From an uncultured Gemmatimonadales bacterium (GTDB lineage: Bacteria > Gemmatimonadota > Gemmatimonadetes > Longimicrobiales > RSA9): a stretch of 64,000 nt of DNA. Under the pieces are notes generated by a model. That model was given only the letters and a program-made list of their open reading frames with translations. It was not told the origin of the DNA and searched no databases. Made by a program: the position numbers and the translations under genes. The stretch lies in assembly GCA_963741945.1 (NCBI GenBank), contig CAVUKA010000002.1, positions 64,001-128,000 of the forward strand, read 5' to 3'. The first letter of the stretch is position 1; each line of letters begins with the position of its first letter. Of this stretch, positions 28,993 through 38,651 are shown in pieces.

Positions 28993-31419
28993 GTGAACGA
29001 CCGTGTCGCCCGCCTGCGGGACCGGAGCTTCGACGCGGTCCCCGCCGTCTCCACGGAGCGGGCGGAGATCATCACGCGCTTCTACAGGGAGAACGAGGGC
29101 CGCTGCGCGGTTCCCGTCCTCCGGGCCATGGCGTTCCGGGAGCTGTGCCTGAAGAAGACGCTCTGGCTCGGCGATGACGAGCTGATCGTCGGCGAGCGCG
29201 GCCCCGCGCCGAAAGTCGTCCCCACGTTCCCCGAGCTCACGTGCCACTCGGCCGATGACCTGCGCACGCTGGACGGGCGCGAGAAGACCCGCTACGTGGT
29301 CAGCGACGAGGCCATCGCCCTCTACGAGCGGGAGATCATCCCGTACTGGCGCGGCCGCTCCCTGCGGGACCGGATCTTCGCCCACCTCCCGCGCACCTGG
29401 CTGGACGCGTACCACGCCGGCGTGTTCACGGAGTTCATGGAGCAGCGGGCGCCCGGGCACACGGCGCTGGACGGCGAGATCTATGGGAAAGGGATGCTGG
29501 AATACCGGGCGGAGATCGCGGACCGGGCGGGTCGCCTGGACTACTTCCGCGACCCCGACGCGGCCCGCAAGGCGGAGCAGCTCGAGGCCATGGACATCGC
29601 GTGCCACGCCGCCATCCTCTTCGCCGAGCGCCACGCGGCGCTGGCCGAGCAGAAGGCCGCGGCCGAGACCGACGCGCGGCGCCGCGACGAGCTCCTCGCC
29701 ATCGCCCGCGTCTGCCGGCGCGTCCCGGCGCATGCCCCGCGCACGTTCCACGAAGCCACCCAGATGTACTGGTTCGTCCACCTGGGGACCATCACGGAGC
29801 TGAACGGCTGGGACGCCATGAACCCCGGCCACCTGGACCAGCACCTGCGCCCGTTCTACGAGCGCGACCTGGCCGCCGGGATCCTCGACCGCGACGGCGC
29901 GAAGGAGCTGCTCTCCTGCCTCTGGATCAAGTTCAACAACCACCCCGCGCCGCCCAAGGTGGGCGTCACGGCCGAGGAGAGCGGGACGTACAACGATTTC
30001 ACCAACATCAACCTGGGCGGCCTCACCCGCGGGGGCGATGATGCCGTCAGCGAGCTGAGCTACCTCATCCTGGAGGTCGCGAACGAGGTCCGGCTGCTCC
30101 AGCCGCAGTTCAATGTCCAGGTCAGCGCAAGGACGCCCGACCGCTTCCTCGCCGAGGCGTGCGGCGTCATCCGGGAAGGGCTCGGCTACCCGTCCGTCTT
30201 CAACGCCGACACCGTCGTCGCCGAGCAGGTCCGGGCCGGCAAGGCCGTGGAGGACGCCCGCGAGGGCGGCACCAGCGGCTGCATCGAGACGGGCGCCTTC
30301 GGCAAGGAAGCCTACATCCTCACCGGCTACCTCAACCTGCCGAAGATCCTCGAGGTCGCCCTCCACGACGGCCGCGACCCCGCCACCGCGCGCCGCATCG
30401 GGCCCCGCACCGGCGACCCCGCCACGTTCGCCGCTTTCGATGATCTCTTCGCCGCCTTCGAGACGCAGCTCCGGCACTTCGTGGACGTGAAAGTGGAAGT
30501 GAGCCAGTACATCGAGTCCATGTACGCCCGTTTCGCCCCCGCCCCGTTCCTCTCCGTGGTCATCCGCGACTGCATCGAGAACGCCCGCGACTACAACGCC
30601 GGCGGCGCCCGCTACAACACCAGCTACATCCAGTGCTGTGGCATCGGCACCATCACCGACAGCCTCTCCGCGCTGCGCACCCACGTCCTCGCCCGCGGCC
30701 CGGAAGCCCCCGGCCAGCCCGGCCAGCCCGGCGAGCCCGCGACGACCGGCGGCGATCCCCGGCCCCGCGTCGCCATGCCCGAGCTCTTGGCCGCCCTGCA
30801 GCGCGACTTCAGCGGCGACGAGCCGCTCCGCCAGCGCCTGGCCAACCGGACCCCGAGGTACGGCAACGACGACGACCGCGCCGATGGCATCATGCAGCGC
30901 GTCTACGACGCCCTCTTCCGCACGATCGACGGGCGCCCCAACACCCGCGGCGGGCAGTACCACCTGAACATGCTCTCCACCACCTGCCACGTGTATTTCG
31001 GGACGAAAGTGGGCGCATCGCCGGATGGCCGCCGCGCCGGCACCCCCATCTCCGACGGCACCTCCCCGGCCCACGGCGCCGACCGCCACGGGCCCACGGC
31101 CGTCTGCCGCTCGCTGGGCAAGATGGACCAGGTCAAGTCCGGGGGCACGCTCCTCAACCAGCGCTTCCTCCCCGCCCTCCTCGCCGATGACGCCGGCCTC
31201 GCCGCTCTCGGTCACCTGATCCGCGGCTATTTCCGCCTCGGCGGCCACCACATCCAGTTCAACGTGGTGGACACCGCGACCCTCCGGGACGCACAGGCGC
31301 ACCCGGAGAGCTACCGCGACCTGCTGGTCCGCGTGGCCGGCTACAGCGACTACTTCGTCGACCTCGGCCGCGACCTCCAGGAGGAGATCATCGCCCGGAC
31401 GGCGCAGGACGGATTCTAG
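28993..31419 (+). CDS. hypD: Glycyl radical enzyme, trans-4-hydroxy-L-proline dehydratase-like
   Basis: RVAGYS Gly loop, SGCIE Cys loop; FMEQRAPGH, WDA, EESGTYNDF, EAYILTGY and STTCH match recalled HypD motifs. Confidence 0.85.
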   Translation: MNDRVARLRDRSFDAVPAVSTERAEIITRFYRENEGRCAVPVLRAMAFRELCLKKTLWLGDDELIVGERGPAPKVVPTFPELTCHSADDLRTLDGREKTRYVVSDEAIALYEREIIPYWRGRSLRDRIFAHLPRTWLDAYHAGVFTEFMEQRAPGHTALDGEIYGKGMLEYRAEIADRAGRLDYFRDPDAARKAEQLEAMDIACHAAILFAERHAALAEQKAAAETDARRRDELLAIARVCRRVPAHAPRTFHEATQMYWFVHLGTITELNGWDAMNPGHLDQHLRPFYERDLAAGILDRDGAKELLSCLWIKFNNHPAPPKVGVTAEESGTYNDFTNINLGGLTRGGDDAVSELSYLILEVANEVRLLQPQFNVQVSARTPDRFLAEACGVIREGLGYPSVFNADTVVAEQVRAGKAVEDAREGGTSGCIETGAFGKEAYILTGYLNLPKILEVALHDGRDPATARRIGPRTGDPATFAAFDDLFAAFETQLRHFVDVKVEVSQYIESMYARFAPAPFLSVVIRDCIENARDYNAGGARYNTSYIQCCGIGTITDSLSALRTHVLARGPEAPGQPGQPGEPATTGGDPRPRVAMPELLAALQRDFSGDEPLRQRLANRTPRYGNDDDRADGIMQRVYDALFRTIDGRPNTRGGQYHLNMLSTTCHVYFGTKVGASPDGRRAGTPISDGTSPAHGADRHGPTAVCRSLGKMDQVKSGGTLLNQRFLPALLADDAGLAALGHLIRGYFRLGGHHIQFNVVDTATLRDAQAHPESYRDLLVRVAGYSDYFVDLGRDLQEEIIARTAQDGF

Positions 31420-31446
31420 TCTTCGGACGCCGTTGCGTCCCGTCAG

Positions 31447-32079
31447 GTGAATCCCCACGCCGGATTCCCGCCTGTTCCCTACTGCACGGAGATGGCCCTC
31501 CTCCCATGCTCAGGGTGGCCCCGCCGCCCACCTCAACCTCGATCGTCATGCGCGCCGCACACCGATCCGCCGCGGCCGGACGCCGTGGAGATCGGCTTCG
31601 TCGGCTACATCGCCTCCCCGCCGCTCCAGCTCGTTTATGGCCTGCTCGGCTGCGCCATCCTGGCCGCGTCGTTCCTCCGCTCGGTGCGGCGCGATCTCGC
31701 CGGCGTAGCAGCAGCGCCGGGGGACGCGGCCGTTCGTCCGTGAACGCGGACGCCGCCGCTGCTCGGCCGGCGCGCGTCCGGGCTCCGGCCCCGGGACTCG
31801 GCCGCCTACGCCATTTTCGGCGACACCGTGCGAGCCCCGTGCGCGGGCCGGGTCGTGGCCGCGACGGACGGTCTCGCGGACCTGAGCCCCCCGGCCGTGG
31901 ACAGGGAGCACAGGGCGGGGAACCACGTCATCCTCGCCTCCCGGATGCCCGCGTTGTCCGAGGACGGAAGGCCGGGGACCGCCTGGGTGATGGTCGCTCA
32001 CCTGCGGGAGGGGAGCGTGCGCGTCGCGGCGGGGGAGGCGGTCGCGGCCGGTCAGCCGCTGGCCCGCGGGGGGACCTGA
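31447..32079 (+). pseudogene. Decayed M23-family peptidase
   Basis: YAIFGDTVRAPCAG, GNHV and AHLREGS motifs; in-frame TGA at 31741; stops before the GNSG..PHLH motif. Confidence 0.65.
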
Positions 32080-32150
32080 CCCTCGAGCATCGCCGCTTCC
32101 CGCCTGCTCCAGCGCCACTCCCCATCGCCGGGTCCGGCCGGGCGTCGGCC

Positions 32151-32894
32151 TCAGCGGCTGAAGAATGCCCCGATGACCTGCGGCAGCGCGGCGATGATCC
32201 ACACCAACCCGGCCGTCGCCCACGCTTTCCCGCGCGGCATCTTCGCCACCACTTCGAGTCCGATGGCGATGAGGGCTGTCGCCCAGAGCGTGAACACGTC
32301 CGCCCGCGTCGCCAGGTTCAACAGCACGGGCGAGGCGGACGGCTGGGCCATGAAACGAGCGGCGCTGAACCCCACGTCGTGGATCGAGTCGAGCCGGCTC
32401 ACGTCCATCACGAACGACTCGATCAGCCCGGCAACGAACTGCGGCACACGTACGATCTGCGCGTAGGTCACCACCAGCATCATGGCGGCGAACGTGGTGA
32501 CCGCACCCATGGCCCGCGCCACGATCCACGTGACGAGCGCGGTGAGCGCCACCCCGATCGGGAAAGTGACGGCGAACCCGATCACGCCGAACATGCGGCC
32601 GATGCGCCGCATCTGCTGGATCTGGTCGGAAGTCAGCTCCGTCCCCTCCGCCAGCCGCTTCATGGCCGCCCGCTGCATCTCCACGTCCAGGATTGCGCCG
32701 AACGCGTGCTGCCAGGCATAGAAGAGAGCCACCAGCAGCAGCGTGAGCACCAGAAGGACGGGCCACGCCTTCCCCCCGCGCCGACGCTCGTAAACCGCCC
32801 TGGGCTCGTAGAAGATGTCGATGAAATCTTCCCACACCGCGGCCTTTTCCGGCTGTGGCTGGGCCGCCGTGGCAACGCCGCCTGACTCGAGCAT
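32151..32894 (-). CDS. Yip1-family membrane protein
   Basis: DIFYEP N-terminus and five TM segments; GGAGG RBS. Confidence 0.75.
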   Translation of the reverse strand: MLESGGVATAAQPQPEKAAVWEDFIDIFYEPRAVYERRRGGKAWPVLLVLTLLLVALFYAWQHAFGAILDVEMQRAAMKRLAEGTELTSDQIQQMRRIGRMFGVIGFAVTFPIGVALTALVTWIVARAMGAVTTFAAMMLVVTYAQIVRVPQFVAGLIESFVMDVSRLDSIHDVGFSAARFMAQPSASPVLLNLATRADVFTLWATALIAIGLEVVAKMPRGKAWATAGLVWIIAALPQVIGAFFSR

Positions 32895-33030
32895 TTCGAT
32901 CCTCCGCGAAGGTTGGGCGGTCGGAATGAGAGGCCGGATCCACCGTAGTCGACCACGCCCTCCCGTGTCAACGACTCTGGCCGCTCCGGCCACCGGTCGC
33001 GCTCCGTACGTGCCCGCCCCGGGTTTCCTT

Positions 33031-33078
33031 CCCCGCGGCGGGTGGGGGCGCGGCCCCCGCGGCGGGTGGGGGCGCGGC
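33031..33078. repeat. Exact 24-bp tandem duplication
   Basis: CCCCGCGGCGGGTGGGGGCGCGGC x2. Confidence 0.9.
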
Positions 33079-33081
33079 GTC

Positions 33082-34512
33082 TCAGGGCTTGCGATCCCCC
33101 CGGCGGGCGTCGCGCAGTGCGCGGGAGAAGGCCAGGGCGGGACCCCAGTGGCCCCGCCGCCGCAGCCACCCCACCACGCGCTGGGGATCCACCGCCCGGG
33201 CGCCGGCGAAGATCAGGAACCCGACGGTGGAAGCGCGGGCGGCGATCCAGAACGCGCGCTCCCAGGTCGCGCCGGCGGCGACCACGATGGCGATGATGAG
33301 CGCCACGGGTAGCACGAAGGAGGGCCGTGCGAGGTCCCGGAACCCGAGCGCGGCGGCGCTCCGCCAGCTCCCGTCCTTCCGCCCGACGGGAAGCCCGGCG
33401 GCGCCCCGCTCGAAGATCCGGCGCACGCGACGGGGGAGAGTCCGTCGCCGCCAGGCGTAGACGGTCACGGCGGCCGAAGCCACGCCGTGCAGCGCAACCC
33501 AGATCGCGATGACCGCTCCGATGGCGGGCCCCGTGAGGCCGAGGGTCTGCTCGAGCCAGGTCACGGCCGCCTGATAGGCCCGGAGCAGCTCCGTCCCCAC
33601 CAGGAGGTACTGGATCACGATCCCCTGCGCGGCCGCCCATGCCCCCACCAGCCAGCCGCCGACGGCGGCCCCCAGCACGTTCCACCCGAACACTGCCGTG
33701 GAGCCGCCGAAGAGCACTCCCTGCATGGCGATGGCCAGCATCGGCCGGAGCCGGTTCCCGGCGGGCGAGAGCGCTTTCAGGCCCGCGGCGATGAAGGACA
33801 CCCAGACCACCCGGATCCTGTGCGCCAGTCCCGCACCCGCGAGCACGAGCACCACGCACTGGAGCGAGGACAGCGCGAGTCCGCGCAGCGGGACCTGCGC
33901 CCCGTGCAGCGCAGAGCCGAGTGTGGTCTCGATCGCCCCGGCGCCCGCGCCGTACACGCCGACCCGGCCCCAGTCCGCACCCGCCAGGCAGACATCCCGC
34001 AAGCGCTCCGGCGCCCGTGGTGAATCGGCGTCCAGGAGCAGGTCGAAGCGCTGCCCCAGCACGGCTTCCACGCGCGGCGCGATTCCCGGGCGCATCGTGA
34101 TCACCACTACCCCCGGATCCGTTCCGCGCACGGCGGGCCACACGCCCGCATGCCCGCCACCAGCGGCTTCCAGCGGGCCGAATTCGTCCAGGATCACCAG
34201 GTCGGGCGGGTCCGCGGCGGCCAGGGTCTCCGCCCACGCGGCCTCCCGGGCTGCGGCGCCCGGGTGCACCCGGTATGGCGGTCCGCCCGTCGCAACCAGG
34301 TCAGGGTCGCGCTCCAGGAACGGCGACACGGTGCCATCGTGGAGCCAGCGCAGCCGGTAGCCCTCGCTCCCGCGTCCGCGCGCCCCTCGCTCGCCGGCCG
34401 GCGCCGTGAACCCATCCACGCGGAGGCCCCGGGCCACGGCCCAGCGCGCCAGCTCTTCCACGAGCGACGTCTTCCCGCTCCCGATCTCTCCCACGCACCC
34501 GACCAGCAGCAT
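33082..34512 (-). CDS. NTPase_1/DUF2478-like P-loop domain fused to a multi-TM domain
   Basis: GEIGSGKT, VILDEFGPLE..G.G; C-terminal half hydrophobic (ETTLGSALH, LKALSP). Confidence 0.7.
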   Translation of the reverse strand: MLLVGCVGEIGSGKTSLVEELARWAVARGLRVDGFTAPAGERGARGRGSEGYRLRWLHDGTVSPFLERDPDLVATGGPPYRVHPGAAAREAAWAETLAAADPPDLVILDEFGPLEAAGGGHAGVWPAVRGTDPGVVVITMRPGIAPRVEAVLGQRFDLLLDADSPRAPERLRDVCLAGADWGRVGVYGAGAGAIETTLGSALHGAQVPLRGLALSSLQCVVLVLAGAGLAHRIRVVWVSFIAAGLKALSPAGNRLRPMLAIAMQGVLFGGSTAVFGWNVLGAAVGGWLVGAWAAAQGIVIQYLLVGTELLRAYQAAVTWLEQTLGLTGPAIGAVIAIWVALHGVASAAVTVYAWRRRTLPRRVRRIFERGAAGLPVGRKDGSWRSAAALGFRDLARPSFVLPVALIIAIVVAAGATWERAFWIAARASTVGFLIFAGARAVDPQRVVGWLRRRGHWGPALAFSRALRDARRGDRKP

Positions 34513-34558
34513 CTGCGCTCCCGTGCCCCTCTCTCGTCCTGCGCCCTCGTTCCCGCCG

Positions 34559-37500
34559 CTATGGTCGCCGTTCCGGCTTCCGCCGGACCAGGAGCGTGCG
34601 GATCTCCCATGGCCGGAGCCGGACCGCAATGCCGTCCTCCGCCGTCCGCGCGGGCCCGGTCGCACGTTCGAGCAGGTCGGCCTCCCTCACCTCGAAGCGC
34701 CCTGGCAGAACCAGCCTCGTCGTGCTCGTCCGCCCCTCCCGCTCCACCAGCCGCACCACCAGCACCGCCGGGTCGGCCTCGGCCCGCTTGAGCGCGCTCA
34801 ACACCGCCGTCCCGCCCTCCAGCCGGAGCAGTCCCGACCGGACGCCCGCCCCCTCGTGCCCCGTGACCGCCACCGCCCGCATCGGCCGGTTCAGCTCGTC
34901 CGCGGCCGCCAGCACTTCCGACGCACGCCAGTCCCCGGGATGCGGCACCACGCTGTACGTGAACGTGTGCGTGCCCATGTCCGCTTCCGGGTCCGGCCAC
35001 TTCGGCGCCTTCAGGAGCGTGAGGCGGACGGTGTCGCCCTGGACGTCGTAACCGTACTTGCCGTCGTTGACCAGCGCCACGCCCACGCCCCCCCGGGACG
35101 CGTCTACCCACCGCTGCATCGACAGTTCGTACCGCGCGCTGTCCTCCCGCGTGGCGGGCACGGCCGGGCGGCCCATGGCGCCATAGGGGATCTCGGCCCA
35201 GACGCTGTCCGGGCTCACGGCCCAGGGGAACGCAGCCTTCAGCAGACGGTGCGACGCCGACCAGTCCACGGTCGTGACCATGTCCAGTCGCTTCGCCATG
35301 TCCGGCAGGACGTAGCGCTGGCGAACCCGGACGCCCTCGCCCGAGCGCGTCACCTCCACCCACTTGCCCAGACCATCACGCATGACCGGTCCAACGCTCA
35401 CACTGCCGCGCACGGGCGTCCAGGGCCCGTCCACGCTGTCGATGTTCCACGCGTCCCACTGCTTCGGCTCGTCCGGCTGCGTCATCAGGACATTCGCCCG
35501 CGACCCGGCGGCCACCATCTCGCGCCCCGTGGCCCGATCGACCAGCGACGCGATCTCACCGGTGACCGGATCGATCTCCACCCGCATGGCCGCGTTCTCC
35601 AGTACTTTCGGCGCCGGCGGGCGGCGCAGCATGCGACGGAGCCACCGGAACGGCTCCGCCACCGGCTCCCCGTTCCGGGCCTCCTCACCCTGCCGGAGGA
35701 ACACCAGCTTCCCGCCCGTGGCCGGCACGTCCGCCACGCGCACGAAGATCGTGTCCCCGACCCGGGCCGACGGAAGCCAGCTCCCTCGCTCGTCCACCAC
35801 TTCCGCAGCCCACGCTTCGTCCGCGTCCGCCCCGCGCGCCGGGCCGCGGCCCCTGGCCTGGAGCGGGATCGCCGCCACCCCCGCCCGCACCCGTCCCGTG
35901 GGGTTCAGCACCAGGAACGCCCGGTCCGCCGAGCGGGGGCCGCGCGTGTCCAGCGGGGAGGCAATGGCCTGCGCAGCATCGTCCAGGACCGACGAGGCGA
36001 GCGCTTCCGCGACGCGGTACATGGAGTCCGCGTCCTCGTACACGGGCCCGATGCCGGAGCCCGGGAGGATGTCGTGGAACTGGTTGAACAGCGTCAGCCG
36101 CCAGGCATCCCGCAGCCGCTCCCGTGGGTACGACAGCGCCGCGGTTGCCGCGGCCGTTTCCGCAGCGCCCAGCAGCCCCTCCAGTCTGCGGTTCCACCGC
36201 TTGGTCTCCGCCTGCGTGGTGAGCACGCCACGATGGTACTCCAGGTAGAGTTCGTCCCGGATGATGGGCGCGTCCGCGGGCATGGCGGCGCGCATGCGCG
36301 CCAGCACGGAATCGGGCGAGGCATCCACGACGGGCGGGAACGTGGGAATCCGGGCCAGCGAGCGACGCCGGTCCAGCATCTCCATGGTGGGACCGCCGCC
36401 ATGGTCGCCCACGCCATAGAGGGTGAGGGTCTCCGGAACGGCGCTGCTGTCCGCGGTCGCCCGCCACTCCCGCGCCAGGCGTTCCGGCTCCAGATCGTGG
36501 TCGTAGCCATACGGGATATACGTCAGGATGCGGGTCCCGTCCCGACCTTCCCACCAGAACATGTTCCGGTCGGCGGTCCAGTCGTTCGTATCGTTCCAGC
36601 GCAGCTTCTGCGTCACGAAGGACTCGAAGCCGGACTGCCGGAAGATCTGCGGCAGCTGCCACGTGTAGCCGAACGTGTCGGGGATCCATGCCACGCGCGC
36701 GATGGCGCCGAACAGCCGCACATACTCCTGCTGACCGTACAGCGCCTGGTGCGCGAACGACTCGCCGGCCGGCATGTTCGCGTCCGCCTCCACCCACCAC
36801 CCGCCCACCGGGTGCCACCGGCCGGCCGCAGCGAGCGCGCGGATGCGCCCGAGCAGTGCCGGGTCGCGCTCCTCCAGCCAGTCGTAGTAGCGCGCCGACG
36901 ACGCCGCGAGCTGCATCTCGGGGTACTTCCGCATCAGCTTCGTGGCCGTGCCCCAGGTGGCGTCTACCACGTCCACGGTCTCGGGCCAGCGCCAGAGCCA
37001 CGCCGCGTCGATGTGCGAGTTGCCCACCGCCCAGAGCGTGTCCCGCTTCGCCGCAGCGATGGCCGGCGCCAGCGCCGACAGACGGCGCGCGATCAGCGAC
37101 CGGTACTGCGCCCGCCCCGCCTCGAGCACTGCGGCCAGCGCCGAGTCCGCCGCCGCGGCCGATGGCGTCGAGTACGCGCTGTCGTCGGTGAAGAACCGGG
37201 CCCAGCGCGCGCCTTCCGTCACTTCGCGCCACCCGGCATCGCGAACCCGCAGCCGCGGTGGGTCCCACCACACTTCGCGGCCGGGGCGGATCACCACGTC
37301 CAGCCCGTCCCCGGCGGCGCAGCGGGAACAGAGCGGGAGCCGGCCCAGGGAATCGCGTGCGACGCCGCGGTCGTTCACGACGAACGAGGCATCCGCCCCG
37401 TACTCCGCCGCTTCCAGCTCCAGCGTCAGGCCGTCCAGCGCGGGCGGCACGGCGAACGCCACGCCGATGGCGCCCGCCGCCGTGTCGCCGGGCTCGGTGG

Positions 37501-38545
37501 GCTCGTGACCGGGGAGTGGCGTCCAGGCCGCCCCGCGAGCCGTGCGCGCCCGTGCGTCGGCCGTGCGGCGCCACCCCCGGATCTCCATCGGCCACGACAA
37601 CAGGGAGAGGAGGTCGCCGCTTCCCAGCCCCACCGGCGCGCCCGCAACTTCCCGCCCTCCCGCCACTGCCACCACGGCCGCGCCTCGCCGCAGCGCCTGC
37701 CGGGCCAGCCCCGTCCAGGATGCGCCCATGGTGACCGCATCCGAGGGCGCCAGCCCCACGCGGCCGGGCACCGGCACCCGCCCGGCGCCGACCTGGAGCT
37801 CCACGGGCCCGTCCATCCCGCCCCAGCGCGTGATGGGAATCACGAGCGGGAGCGCCAGCGTACCGCTCTCCACGTCCAGGACCGGCAGCCCCTCCAGCCG
37901 CACGGGACCGAGCGTGAGCCAGGGCGACGGCGGTCCGGACAGCGCTTCCGTCGGGGGTCGCGCCGCGGACGCCTCGAGACCCGCGAGGGCGTCCGGCCCC
38001 ATGTCCAGCAGCCTGGCGCCCATCCCGAAGCCGCCCGATCGGTTCACCACCTTGTACAGCAGCCGGTTCACGCCTCGTGACAACCGCAGTGTGACCGTGT
38101 CCGCGCGCGTCACGCCGCGGGCCACCTCCCGCGAGTAGACCAACCGCCCGTTCAGCCAGAGCCGCCCATCATCGTCCGTCTCCACGGCCAGCGAGACGGT
38201 TCGCTCCGCGGGACTGGTCACGTACGTCATCGCGTACGCCGCCGCCTGCTCCGTCGGACGGCCATCCGCGAACACGCGGTTGAAATCGATTCGCCCGAGG
38301 TCGTCCGCCTCCGCCACGCGCCAGCGCCACCGTCCCGCGGCTTCCCCCGCCCTCGGCGCGAGTGTCGGCTCGGGCAGGTAGGCACGCGTCAGGCGAGCGG
38401 GGCCCGTGTCGACGGGGAAGGTCCCGGCCACTAGCCACGGCCCGAGTGGGTGGCCGGCTGCGGCCGACCCGGAATCCTGCGCCCGGAGCGGGAGCGCGGC
38501 CGCAAGGGCGAGCAGCGCTGCGGAAACGACGGAGTGCGAGGTCAT
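34559..38545 (-). CDS. Secreted GH38 alpha-mannosidase with N-terminal accessory domains
   Basis: SHIDAAWLW, WIPDTFG, GDHGGGP, ELYLEYHRG and QFHDILPGS motifs; signal peptide. Confidence 0.92.
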   Translation of the reverse strand: MTSHSVVSAALLALAAALPLRAQDSGSAAAGHPLGPWLVAGTFPVDTGPARLTRAYLPEPTLAPRAGEAAGRWRWRVAEADDLGRIDFNRVFADGRPTEQAAAYAMTYVTSPAERTVSLAVETDDDGRLWLNGRLVYSREVARGVTRADTVTLRLSRGVNRLLYKVVNRSGGFGMGARLLDMGPDALAGLEASAARPPTEALSGPPSPWLTLGPVRLEGLPVLDVESGTLALPLVIPITRWGGMDGPVELQVGAGRVPVPGRVGLAPSDAVTMGASWTGLARQALRRGAAVVAVAGGREVAGAPVGLGSGDLLSLLSWPMEIRGWRRTADARARTARGAAWTPLPGHEPTEPGDTAAGAIGVAFAVPPALDGLTLELEAAEYGADASFVVNDRGVARDSLGRLPLCSRCAAGDGLDVVIRPGREVWWDPPRLRVRDAGWREVTEGARWARFFTDDSAYSTPSAAAADSALAAVLEAGRAQYRSLIARRLSALAPAIAAAKRDTLWAVGNSHIDAAWLWRWPETVDVVDATWGTATKLMRKYPEMQLAASSARYYDWLEERDPALLGRIRALAAAGRWHPVGGWWVEADANMPAGESFAHQALYGQQEYVRLFGAIARVAWIPDTFGYTWQLPQIFRQSGFESFVTQKLRWNDTNDWTADRNMFWWEGRDGTRILTYIPYGYDHDLEPERLAREWRATADSSAVPETLTLYGVGDHGGGPTMEMLDRRRSLARIPTFPPVVDASPDSVLARMRAAMPADAPIIRDELYLEYHRGVLTTQAETKRWNRRLEGLLGAAETAAATAALSYPRERLRDAWRLTLFNQFHDILPGSGIGPVYEDADSMYRVAEALASSVLDDAAQAIASPLDTRGPRSADRAFLVLNPTGRVRAGVAAIPLQARGRGPARGADADEAWAAEVVDERGSWLPSARVGDTIFVRVADVPATGGKLVFLRQGEEARNGEPVAEPFRWLRRMLRRPPAPKVLENAAMRVEIDPVTGEIASLVDRATGREMVAAGSRANVLMTQPDEPKQWDAWNIDSVDGPWTPVRGSVSVGPVMRDGLGKWVEVTRSGEGVRVRQRYVLPDMAKRLDMVTTVDWSASHRLLKAAFPWAVSPDSVWAEIPYGAMGRPAVPATREDSARYELSMQRWVDASRGGVGVALVNDGKYGYDVQGDTVRLTLLKAPKWPDPEADMGTHTFTYSVVPHPGDWRASEVLAAADELNRPMRAVAVTGHEGAGVRSGLLRLEGGTAVLSALKRAEADPAVLVVRLVEREGRTSTTRLVLPGRFEVREADLLERATGPARTAEDGIAVRLRPWEIRTLLVRRKPERRP

Positions 38546-38651
38546 GAGGGATGCTAGGCGCCCGGCTCGCGCCCGCGCAACAGCCGCCGGTCGCGGGCTC
38601 GCCGCCACGGAGTCCGGTCGGGCTGCCGGCCCCCGCCGGGTGGGCGCGGGG

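Noticed and set aside
31741-31743. In-frame TGA as selenocysteine or readthrough
   Set aside because: Not at a Cys-like position, and the gene has other lesions including a missing HxH motif
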